From Heptranchias perlo (lineage: Eukaryota), in the NCBI RefSeq assembly GCF_035084215.1, contig NC_090325.1, positions 112,902,001 through 112,966,000 on the forward strand: 64,000 nucleotides of DNA. The letters run 5' to 3'. The position numbers and the translations under genes were made by a program. Shown piece after piece: positions 52,680 through 64,000 of the stretch. The stretch's first letter is position 1. Every line of letters begins with the position of its first letter. The notes under the pieces are model-generated. The model ran no database searches. It was not told the DNA's origin and worked only from the letters and a program-made list of their open reading frames with translations.

Positions 52680-53660
52680 AAATGATATTCCCCAGGGTTC
52701 TGTACTGGGGCCTCAGCTTTTCACCATATATATTTGTGACTTGGATAAAGGAATAGAGAGTTGTATATACAAGTTTGCAGATGACACTAAGTTAGGAGGC
52801 ACAGTAAGTTGTGTAGATGGGAGCAGGAAGTGACAAAGGGACATAGACAGACTAAGTGAATGGGCAAAACTATGGCAGATGGAGTTCATTATGGGGAAGT
52901 GTGAGGTCATCCACTTTCGCTCCAAGACAAATCAGAATTTTTTCTTAATGATGAGAGACTAGGAACTGTGGAGGAAGGAGATTTAGGTGTCCATATCCAC
53001 AAATCACTAAAAGATAGTGCACAGGTACAAAAAGCAATCAAAAATGCTAATGGCCTTTATCTCAAGGGGGCTGAAATACAAAAGTGAAGAAGTGATACTT
53101 CAATTATACATCTGGAGTACTGCGTTCAGTTTTGGGCATCAAACCATAGGAAAGATATATTGGCTTTGGAGGGGGTGCAGCACAGATTCACCAAAATGAT
53201 ACCGGGGCTTAAAGGATTAAATTATGAGGACAGGTTGCATAAACTTGACTTGTATTCCCTTGACTTTAAAAAATTGATGGGTGATCTTATCGATAAGGGA
53301 TATTATTAAAATAATAAAGGGATTCAAGACGGTAGATACAGAGAAACTATTTCCTCTGGTGGGAGAATCCAGAACAAGAGAACATAATCTTAAAGTTAGA
53401 GCTAGGCCACTTAGGAGTGATATCAGGAAGCACTTTTTCACTTAAAGGGTAGCGGAAATCTGGAACTCTCCCCCAAAAGGCTGTGGATCTGGGTCAATTG
53501 AAATATTCAAGACTGAGATTGATAGATTTTTGTTGGGTAAGGGTATTAAGGAATATGGAGCAAAGCGGGGACATGCAATTGAAGTACAGATCAGTCATGA
53601 TCTAATTAAATGGCAGAACAGAGTCAAGGGACTGAATGGTCTACTCCTGTTCCTTTGTTT
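52680..53660 (+). mobile_element. CR1 3' fragment (RT and 3' UTR), decayed
   Basis: ccccagggttctgtactggggcc (PQGSVLGP), aagtttgcagatgacactaag (KFADDTK) and a CR1-type 3' UTR. Confidence 0.92.
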
Positions 53661-53726
53661 CCATGGGCCTAAAACTATTTGGTCAGTCTAGCTCAGGGAG
53701 ATATTAACTTGGCTGGCCAGGACATA

Positions 53727-54481
53727 GGCCCAGAATTTGTTCTAAAAATAACGCGATCCTAACAGCGCTTACTGTTATTTTAGTGCAAATGGTAGAGGAA
53801 CTCCTGGCGACCGCACATGCGTTGTTAAACGCGGAAATCGGGAAGTTTCTCTACCAGATGCCCTGCTCGTCCAGAAGCTTTGCGGGAAGGAGATCTCGCC
53901 GGTTGACTCACCGGTCAAATGGCTGCAACTGTTCGAATTTGCTGCACTGCCCAGCTGAAAACAAATTATTTTTGCCAGAAAAAGGTACGTCCAATTTTTT
54001 TAGTCTAACCAAAATTTTAACAGCGTGGTAAGTCTTAATGACTGCCAAACAATGTCTCTGGCACTGAATTTCCTTCACATTTTAATTGTTGTTGGACATT
54101 TTAAAAAAAATTAAAATGTTTATTTTTTTTACTTTTTCTTTCTGTGTCATTTACCTCTGTCTTTTAATTCAGTATTTCTTGCCCTCTACTTTATTTCGCT
54201 CTTGTGACGATTTTACATTGAATTTATTATTCTAACTGACACTTTCTGGTTCTGTGTCTGCGCTGCTCATTAAGGATTCTTCAATCTGTTTGGTTAAGGG
54301 GATACACAGTTCCTTGCCCTGTTCGCACAGCTCACAGATGCTCAGGAGAGGCCGCTGCACTTTTCTCAGGTCCCCATTACAGCAAGTTGCTGCCCAAAAG
54401 CCCCTGGATAGTTTGTGGGTAAGTTCAAATCTAACGAGCGGTGGGCGCCATTTGTTCGCTGCTCAGCGCAAAATCCGGGCC
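53727..54481. mobile_element. Harbinger-like MITE
   Basis: TIRs ggcccagaattt / aaaatccgggcc. Confidence 0.65.
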
Positions 54482-55329
54482 AATGCCTTTGTTTATTTTA
54501 CTTTATCCTGAATTTTCTTCAAGTGAAGAAAGATTCAATTATATAATTCCTGACCTATATTGTTCCTGCATTCTGCTAGCACAAAACCAGTTTGACTATA
54601 CTGTTGGTCATACATCTATATCTTCAGGTTCAATGTCATTTTGGTCTATGTTACTTTATCACTCATGAAATTCACAAACTTCGCTCTCTAATGATTCGAA
54701 AACATTGAAACCAAACAAATGGCAGCAAGCATTAGTAAGCAACTCAAATTGGCCTCAGTGATAAATCTAACCTCTACTCTGGCATGCACTATTAAAAAAA
54801 CGAAAAACAAAAGACCGCCAAAGAGTGCAGCATTTTGCATTCCATCTCACTTTTTGCAGTATGTTATCCTCTATGTAATTCTGCTTTACATATTCAACAC
54901 TGGAAATCTATAGATGAGAATTTGTTCAGATATTATTTGATTGAAAACATCTAACAATCATTCAGGATGGGTAGAGAATAGTATTGGCTTTCCAATCTAC
55001 AGGTACTTGTCAATTTCAGGCCCATATCACATCCGTATATATTTGTATAGAAAGCAAGTGGGATCAGCAGCAATTTAAAGTACTCCTATTAAATGTAAAT
55101 ATCTTTTCAAAGAAAAACAAACAGGATGAAATAATTAGAGAAAGTCAAACACAGGAAGTCTGCTTTTATAGTACTTTATTCAGGAGTTCAATGAAGAGCA
55201 ACAAGAGGCCCCGAAGAGAGATGATACAACTTTCGAAGCTAATAAATGTGCTTTGATCAGCTTTTCTCCTTCTTAGTAAAATGCAGATGGAAGATAGCAA
55301 CTACCAGAAACTCAGCAAAGGAAGCCTAA

Positions 55330-55575
55330 GGTATCCTTGTGGAGCCAGGAGGAGCATTCCTGCTACCCCTGGCCCACAAGGAACCTTTAAAAAGTTTTTA
55401 AAAACACTTACCTGGGCCTTCCATGGCCAGGATGCTGCCTGCCACAGCTTTCGATGTCATCGGGATTTGACTTTGCCACTTAAATTAGGCCCCTGCTCCC
55501 CTCGGGCGGGTGGCCTTCCGGAACGCTGGCCGCACCACTACTGCCGGCCGGCTGGGGGTGTTAAAGTATTCCCCA
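55330..55575. mobile_element. MITE fragment
   Basis: Shared hairpin cttgtggagccaggaggagca...cctggcccacaag; end gggtgttaaagtattcccc. Confidence 0.5.
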
Positions 55576-56070
55576 TGGTGTTATTATTTTTAAAAGTGAT
55601 GCATGTATCTGAGAGCAGCCTGAAATGAATTTTAATCTGTATAGATTGCTTCGGGTTTTTCATTCTGTCATCAAAGGGAGGTGATGGTAATGCTTGTACT
55701 CCCAGCCTACCACCGTTTGGACTTACACAACCCTTATTTAGTTATTAGGAGCAACTTCTGAGCACCACACAGGTGTTCTGGGTGTGATGGAATTACTGTC
55801 TACTTCCATTCCATTCTTGCACTTATGATGAGCACAAACAACTGAAGAACAAAACAGTTATGCTCCTATGGAAAATACATGTCAGAATGCTGCCAAACAA
55901 GGGTGCCATGCCTTACAGGTGATGGCACATCCCCTTTAAAATCCAAACCAATTCGTGTCAATCACTCTCCCAAATAGAGCCTCCTAATAATTATTGAATA
56001 GAAATAATGAGGAGGTAAATGAGTTGATATATAATGTAAGATTGAAGATAGTGACATACACTGAGACATA

Positions 56071-58064
56071 GGGCCCAATATTAGGAGGGAGGCGGGTTGG
56101 CAGCGGGGGGTCGACTGAGTGCGTGGGTAACGCGCCCAGTGAATTCGGGGTGCTCCGCATGCGATCGCAGCCTTGAAGGCACTGACTGTGGCTTCCAGGT
56201 TTCACGCTGGAAAGCTGTGCAGCGGGCGGACTGCGCACCCGCATCATAGGCTGTCAGCTGGAGGAGCCCTATTTAAAGGGGCAGTCCTCCACTGACTGAT
56301 GCTGCAGAAAATAGGCAAAATTACAGGAGGAAGGCTGCTCCCAGGTTTAATGATGCCTCACACCAGGTCCTACTGGATGGGGTGAGGAGGAGGGTGAGGA
56401 CAGGGATCTTCTCCCCGGCAGACGGGAGGAAGCGGCCTGCCTCTGCCACCACGAAGGCCTGGCTCGAGGTGGCAAAGGAGGTCACCTGCATCACCAACAT
56501 ATCACGCACCTGCATACAGTGCAGGAGGCGCTTCAGTGACCTCAGTAGGTCATCCGAAGTGAGTACACTTACTCATTCCCCTACACTCCGTCTGCCACAT
56601 CACCGCCCCCACCCCACATCTCCTTCTGCACTGCCAACACTACTCCATCACATCACCCCTCACACCCACTCAAAGCTCATCCTCATCTTACCTGCACTTA
56701 CTCACCTCGCCAGTACTCATCCCGCCACTACCACTCAACCCAATCCTCATACAATCTCATGGCTCTATCTCATACTCACCCTCTGATGCATCTCTTTCAC
56801 AGTCAGCCTCACTCAACCTGCCACTACCTGTGCTGCAGCCACAGGGCATGCATCACATATGTGCAGTAGGAAGCGTAAGGCAAACGTGTTGTGAGCATGA
56901 AGGGAATGCACAAGGGTGTTTGAGGGTTTGTCATGGTTTTTACTTATATTTGATTTCACATTACATATTATATTGTCACCACTACTGCCACGTCTTTGTG
57001 AATCTTGTCTGGTTTGTGCAATAATGCCCTTTCCTGAGGATCACAATGAAGACCCACAACTGATGCCACCCATTGTGTCACTGGAGAGTGGGTGTAGGTG
57101 TATTTGCAGGGCTCTTTTGTGCAGACGACTGAGAGACGCTGGCGATGTCCCCGGTGGCACCCTGGAAGGATGCAGAGGAGAAGTTGTTGAGGGCAGTGGT
57201 GACTTTGACAGCGACAGGTAAGAAGATGATGCTTGGGCCAGCCGGGAGCAGCTCGGCATGAAGGAGGCTGCAGATGTCCACGACTACATGTCGAGTGACT
57301 CTGAGCCTCCGTGTGCACTGCTGCTCAGAGAGGTCCAGGAAGCTGAGCCTCGGTCTGTAGACCCTGTGGTGAGGGTAGTGCCCTCTGCGATGCATCTCTC
57401 TCTGCCGTTGCCCTCCCTCCTGCTGTGCAGGTGGATGTGTCACAGCACTGTGTTGTGGAGCTCCCCGTGTCAGAGGTGGACGGTGTGGCCGGCGAGGCTG
57501 GTGATGATGTTCGCCCTCCGAGGAGGTCATGACAGTAGCTACGGTGGCCCCCATCCATAAGATGTACATTTGAGAGGGTCCGCAAGGTAGGTACATGTGT
57601 CTGCACACCGGGGTAAGTGTGCAAGTTGGTGAATTTGATTGTTAGGAGGAGGGTGGTGGAGGCCAAACTTTGTCCAAAGTGACAGAGTGGCCACCTGCAA
57701 TGAGTGAGGGTCTCCCTCCCCCCACCCCCCGCCACCTGTCAAATGGACCTTTGCAGCTGCCACAGGCTGACAGCTGCAACACGTCCATTTCAACTGGGAG
57801 AGTTTCCCCCTCCTAAAATATCCTACAAATCAGGTCTGCCAACGACCTGAACTATCAAATTAATTGGTTAAAGTGGGATCCCGCCGGCTTTAATTGCTGG
57901 CGGGAGTCCCACATGCGGGGGCTGCGCGCGCATCTAAGCGCGTCACTGGGGAACCCGGAAGTGGGCGGGTTGGAGCCGGGCTCCGGACCCGCCCCGGGAA
58001 CCCCCGATTTTCGGAGGCCCCCCTGCCACGAACCCAACCGCTCGGACGTCCAAAAATCGAGTGC
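56071..58064 (+). mobile_element. Internally deleted PIF/Harbinger transposon (non-autonomous derivative B)
   Basis: Ends gggcccaatatt / aaaatcgagtgc with ATA on both flanks; Myb exon 1 (ORF 56382-56786) on +, transposase N-terminus on -; collinear with 16743-18775. Confidence 0.92.
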
Positions 58065-58477
58065 ATAATCATCATCTCACACCCAAAATAAGATTTCAGC
58101 TGTGAAAAGTTTGTAGAATATTGATTATGAAATCTAATTTAAATATTACTGATTTAAGAACAGAGGGCTCTTGGCCATGGGGACTTGTGTTATAAGGAAA
58201 CCCCTCTATTCCTTTTTTAGAAGTGTGTAGGTTGTGTTGACCAGTACATGCTGAGTCTGTGTCACCTGTTGGCCGACAGTGCTTAAGCCAGTGCAAGATA
58301 AGTATTCCCTATGGAATTTCAGCCCTTGTATTAAAAACTGATCCGCAGCACAGGGCATGTAATTACCAGCACTAAAATAAATAAAACGGGACCAATGGCT
58401 TCTATGTCTTGTTACACTTGTGATTTGTAGCATGGGATTGTCATGTAAAACACATTTTAACTTTTTCCACTAGGCAG

Positions 58478-61400
58478 TTATCGGATTGTCCCACCATTAC
58501 ACACCCCGCCCGATTATCCTTTTCATTATCGGATCGTCCCACCATTACACACCCCGCCCGATTATCCTTTTCATTATCGGATCGTCCCACCATTACACAC
58601 CCCGCCCGATTATCCTTTCCATTATCGGATCGTCCCACCATTACAAACCCTGCTCGATTATCCTTTCCATTATCAGATCGTCCCACCCTTACAAACCCTG
58701 CTCGATTATCCTTTCCATTATCGGATCGTCCCACCATTACAAACCCTGCTCGATTATCCTTTCCATTATCAGATCGTCCCACCCTTACAAACCCCGCCCG
58801 ATTATCCTTTCCATTATCGGATCGTCCCACCATTACACACCCCGCTCGATTATCCTTTCCATTATCGGATCGTCCCACCATTACAAACCCTGCTCAATTG
58901 TTCTTTCCATTATCGGATCGTCCCACCATTACACACCCCTCTCGGTTATCCTTTCCATTATTGGGTCATCCCACCATTACACACCCTGCTCGATTATCCT
59001 TTTCATTATCGATCATCCCACCATTACACACCCCGCTCGATTATCCTTTCCATTATTGGGTCATCCCACCATTACACACCCTGCTCGATTATCCTTTTCA
59101 TTATCGATCATCCCACCATTACACACCCCGCTTGATTATCCTTTCCATTATTGGGTCATCCAACCATTACACACCCCGCTCGATTATCCTTTCCATTATC
59201 GGATCGTCCCACCATTACACACCCCGCTTGATTATCCTTTCCATTATCGATCGTCCCACCGTTATACAACCCGCTCGATTATCCTTTCCATTATTGGGTC
59301 ATCCAACCATTACACACCCCGCTCGATTATCCTTTCCATTATTGGGTCATCCCACCATTACACACCCCGCTCGATTATCCTTTTCATTATCGATCATCCC
59401 ACCATTACACACCCCGCTCGATTATCCTTTCCATTATCGGATCGTCCCACCATTACACACCCCGCTTGATTATCCTTTCCATTATTGAGTCATCCCACCA
59501 TTACACACCCCGCTCGATTATCCTTTCCATTATCGGATCGTCCCACCATTACACACCCCGCTCGATTATCCTTTCCATTTTCAGATTGTCCCACAGTTGC
59601 ACACCCCGCTCGATTATCCTTTCCATTATCGGATCGTCCCACCATTACACACCCCGCTCGATTATCCTTTCCATTATCGGATCGTCCCACCATTACAAAC
59701 CCTGCTCGATTATCCTTTCCATTATCGGATCGTCCCACCATTACAAACCCTGCTCGATTATCCTTTCCATTATTGGGTCATCCCATCATTACACACCCCA
59801 CTCGATTATCCTTTCCATTATCGGATCGTCCCACCATTACACACCCCGCTCGATTATCCTTTCCATTATCGGATCGTCCTGCCATTACACACCCCGCTCG
59901 ATTATCCTTTCCATTATCGGATCGTCCCACCATTACAAACCCCGCTCGATTATCCTTTCCAGTATCGGATCGTCCCACTGTTACACAACCGGCTCGATTA
60001 TCCTTTCCATTATCGGATCGTCCCACCATTACACACCCCGCTCGATTATCCTTTCCAGTATCGGATCGTCCCACTGTTACACAACCGGCTCGATTATCCT
60101 TTCCATTATCGATCGTCCCACCATTACACACCCCGCTCGATTATCCTTTCCATTTTCAGATCATCCCACCGTTACACAACCCGCTCGATTATCCTTTCCA
60201 TTTTCGATCGTCCCACCATTACACACCCCGCTTGATTATCCTTTCCATTATCGATCGTCCCACCGTTATACAACCCGCTCGATTATCCTTTCCATTATTG
60301 AGTCATCCCACCATTACACACCCCGCTCGATTATCCTTTCCATTATTGAGTCATCCCACCATTACACACCCCGCTCGATTATCCTTTCCATTATTGGGTC
60401 ATCCCACCATTACACACCCCGCTCGATTATCCTTTTCATTATCGATCATCCCACCATTACACACCCCGCTCGATTATCCTTTCCATTATCGGATCGTCCC
60501 ACCATTACACACCCCGCTTGATTATCCTTTCCATTATTGAGTCATCCCACCATTACACACCCCGCTCGATTATCCTTTCCATTATCGGATCGTCCCACCA
60601 TTACACACCCCGCTCGATTATCCTTTCCATTTTCAGATTGTCCCACAGTTGCACACCCCGCTCGATTATCCTTTCCATTATCGGATCGTCCCACCATTAC
60701 ACACCCCGCTCGATTATCCTTTCCATTATCGGATCGTCCCACCATTACAAACCCTGCTCGATTATCCTTTCCATTATCGGATCGTCCCACCATTACAAAC
60801 CCTGCTCGATTATCCTTTCCATTATTGGGTCATCCCATCATTACACACCCCACTCGATTATCCTTTCCATTATCGGATCGTCCCACCATTACACACCCCG
60901 CTCGATTATCCTTTCCATTATCGGATCGTCCTGCCATTACACACCCCGCTCGATTATCCTTTCCATTATCGGATCGTCCCACCATTACAAACCCCGCTCG
61001 ATTATCCTTTCCAGTATCGGATCGTCCCACTGTTACACAACCGGCTCGATTATCCTTTCCATTATCGGATCGTCCCACCATTACACACCCCGCTCGATTA
61101 TCCTTTCCAGTATCGGATCGTCCCACTGTTACACAACCGGCTCGATTATCCTTTCCATTATCGATCGTCCCACCATTACACACCCCGCTCGATTATCCTT
61201 TCCATTTTCAGATCATCCCACCGTTACACAACCCGCTCGATTATCCTTTCCATTTTCGATCGTCCCACCATTACACACCCCGCTCGATTATCCTTTCCAT
61301 TATCGATCGTCCCACCGTTATACAACCCGCTCGATTATCCTTTCCATTATTGAGTCATCCCACCATTACACACCCCGCTCGATTATCCTTTCCATTATTG

Positions 61401-63584
61401 AGTCATCCCACCATTACACACCCCGCTCGATTATCCTTTCCATTATCGGATCGTCCCACCATTACACACCCCGCTCGATTATCCTTTCCATTATTGGGTC
61501 ATCCCACCATTACACACCCCGCTCGATTATCCTTTTCATTATCGATCATCCCACCATTACACACCCCGCTCGATTATCCTTTCCATTATCAGATCGTCCC
61601 ACCATTACACACCCCGCTCGATTATCCTTTCCAGTATCGGATCGTCCCACTGTTACACAACCGGCTCGATTATCCTTTCCATTTTCGATCGTCCCACCAT
61701 TACACACCCCGCTCGATTATCCTTTCCATTATCGATCGTCCCACCGTTATACAACCCGCTCGATTATCCTTTCCATTATTGAGTCATCCCACCATTACAC
61801 ACCCCGCTCGATTATCCTTTCCATTATTGAGTCATCCCACCATTACACACCCCGCTCGATTATCCTTTCCATTATCGGATCGTCCCACCATTACACACCC
61901 CGCTCGATTATCCTTTCCATTATTGGGTCATCCCACCATTACACACCCCGCTCGATTATCCTTTTCATTATCGATCATCCCACCATTACACACCCCGCTC
62001 GATTATCCTTTCCATTATCGGATCGTCCCACCATTACACACCCCGCTTGATTATCCTTTCCATTATTGAGTCATCCCACCATTACACACCCCGCTCGATT
62101 ATCCTTTCCATTATCGGATCGTCCAACCATTACACACCCCGCTCGATTATCCTTTCCATTTTCAGATCGTCCCACCATTACACACCCCGCTCGATTATCC
62201 TTTCCATTTTCAGATCGTCCCACCGTTACACAACCCGCTCGATTATCCTTTCCATTATCGGATCGTCCCACCATTACACACCCCGCTCGATTATCCTTTC
62301 CATTATCGGATCGTCCCACCATTACAAACCCTGCTCGATTATCCTTTCCATTATCGGATCGTCCCACCATTACAAACCCTGCTCGATTATCCTTTCCATT
62401 ATTGGGTCATCCCATCATTACACACCCCACTCGATTATCCTTTCCATTATCGGATCGTCCCACCATTACACACCCCGCTCGATTATCCTTTCCATTTTCA
62501 GATCATCCCACCGTTACACAACCCGCTCGATTATCCTTTCCATTTTCGATCGTCCCACCATTACACACCCCGCTCGATTATCCTTTCCATTATCGGATCG
62601 TCCTACCATTACACACCCCGCTCGATTATCCTTTCCATTATCGGATCGTCCCACCATTACAAACCCCGCTCGATTATCCTTTCCAGTATCGGATCGTCCC
62701 ACTGTTACTCAACCGGCTCGATTATCCTTTCCATTATCGGATCGTCCCACCATTACACACCCCGCTCGATTATCCTTTCCAGTATCGGATCGTCCCACTG
62801 TTACACAACCGGCTCGATTATCCTTTCCATTATCGATCGTCCTACCATTACACACCCCGCTCGATTATCCTTTCCATTTTCGATCGTCCCACCGTTACAC
62901 ACCCCGCTCGATTATCCTTTCCATTATCGGATTGTCCCACAGTTGCACACCTTGCTCGATTATCCTTTCCATTTTCGATCGCCCCACCATTACACACCCT
63001 GCTCGATTATCCTTTCCATTTTCGATCGTCCCACCATTACACACCCGCTCGATTATCCTTTCCATTATTGGATCATCCCACCATTACACACCCGCTCGAT
63101 TATCCTTTCCATTATCGGATCGTCCCATCGTTACACACCCGCTCGATTATCCTTTCCATTATCGGATCGTCCCATCGTTACACACCCGCTCGATTATCCT
63201 TTCCATTATCGATCGTCCCACCGTTACACACCCCGCTCGATTATCCTTTCCATTATCGGATCGTCCCACCATTTCACAACCCACTCAATTATCCTTTCCA
63301 TTATTGGGTCATCCCACCATTACACACCCGCTCGATTATCCTTTCCATTATCGATCGTCCCACCGTTACACACCCCGCTCGATTATCCTTTCCATTATCG
63401 ATCGTCCCACCGTTACACACCCCGCTCGATTATCCTTTCCATTATCGATCGTCCCACCGTTACACACCCCGCTCGATTATCCTTTCCATTATCGATCGTC
63501 CCATCGTTACACTCCCAGCTTGATTATCCTTTCCATTATCGATCGTCCCACCATTACACACCCCGCTCGATTATCCTTTCCATT
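58478..63584. repeat. 48-bp tandem array, ~5.1 kb (roughly 107 units), with higher-order duplications
   Basis: Unit ttatcggatcgtcccaccattacacaccccgctcgattatcctttcca with 47-bp variants; identical ORF starts recur at 59466, 60518 and 62047. Confidence 0.98.
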
Positions 63585-63754
63585 GACTTCAGTGGAACTG
63601 TAAATTGGTGAGGTGTAAAACGGAGAGTCGATCCGCTGCCGCCCAGTAGTAAAAGTCAAAATTACCCCCACTGTTACTGATCTTTCTTTGGGTGTTTCTT
63701 CTAATCCAGAAAAACTGCCAAAGATGAAATTTTAAAATCTGCAAACCTAAATTA

Positions 63755-63932
63755 AGGACAGAAGATGCTGGGAATAACCAGCAGGTGTGTCACAATCTGA
63801 AAAGACACGGGTTAATGTCTTCGTCAGACAGTCAAATTGAAAGGTCTACAACTGAAACATTGACCAGTTGTTGTTCCCCTTTCAGTGGTTGGCAGACCTG
63901 CTGTTTATTTCCAGCATTTTCTATTTTTATTT
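63755..63932. mobile_element. Degenerate inverted-repeat element (Penelope-like termini)
   Basis: cagaagatgctgggaataaccagcaggt ... acctgctgtttatttccagcattttct form an imperfect inverted repeat. Confidence 0.55.
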
Positions 63933-64000
63933 AAGAGGAAACTTTTATTCTGTTCAACACTTGTAGCAAAATCTTTGATGCAAGTAAAAAGCACAAATTA

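Noticed and set aside
58486-63611. Long ORFs (up to 518 aa) of repetitive His/Pro/Ser-rich peptides
   Set aside because: The 48-bp monomer lacks stops in all three forward frames, and 47-bp variants shift freely between frames, so no reading frame is conserved.
63790-63870. Hammerhead ribozyme in the Penelope-like inverted repeat
   Set aside because: The core CTGAnGA...GAAA motif is degenerate in this copy, so an intact ribozyme cannot be supported.

Overview
Eukaryotic, vertebrate-type genomic DNA, not prokaryotic. The repeat content (CR1 LINEs, a DeuSINE/SacSINE-like SINE, Penelope-like ends, abundant Harbinger elements) suggests a cartilaginous fish; this is inference. The window appears to be intronic sequence of a + strand transmembrane (MACIT: COL13/COL23/COL25-type) collagen gene. 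Only two exons are visible: a 45-nt exon (24077-24121) and an 8-nt micro-exon (43256-43263), which splice in frame to GPPGKRGRRGRNGVPGPP. The remaining recognisable sequence is mobile and repeat DNA. It includes several decayed or nested CR1 copies and a near full-length two-gene PIF/Harbinger transposon (transposase plus Myb/SANT gene, 26678-32224) disrupted by a young CR1. Two ~2-kb Harbinger derivatives share the same two internal deletions, and one keeps an in-frame mini-Myb ORF. There are also many Harbinger-like MITEs, long palindromes and three tandem arrays, including a 5.1-kb 48-bp satellite with higher-order structure that appears to have grown out of one arm of a foldback MITE. An assembly gap lies at 24525-24721. 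Most ORF-track entries are repeat artefacts. All comparisons were made by eye, so boundaries are approximate.
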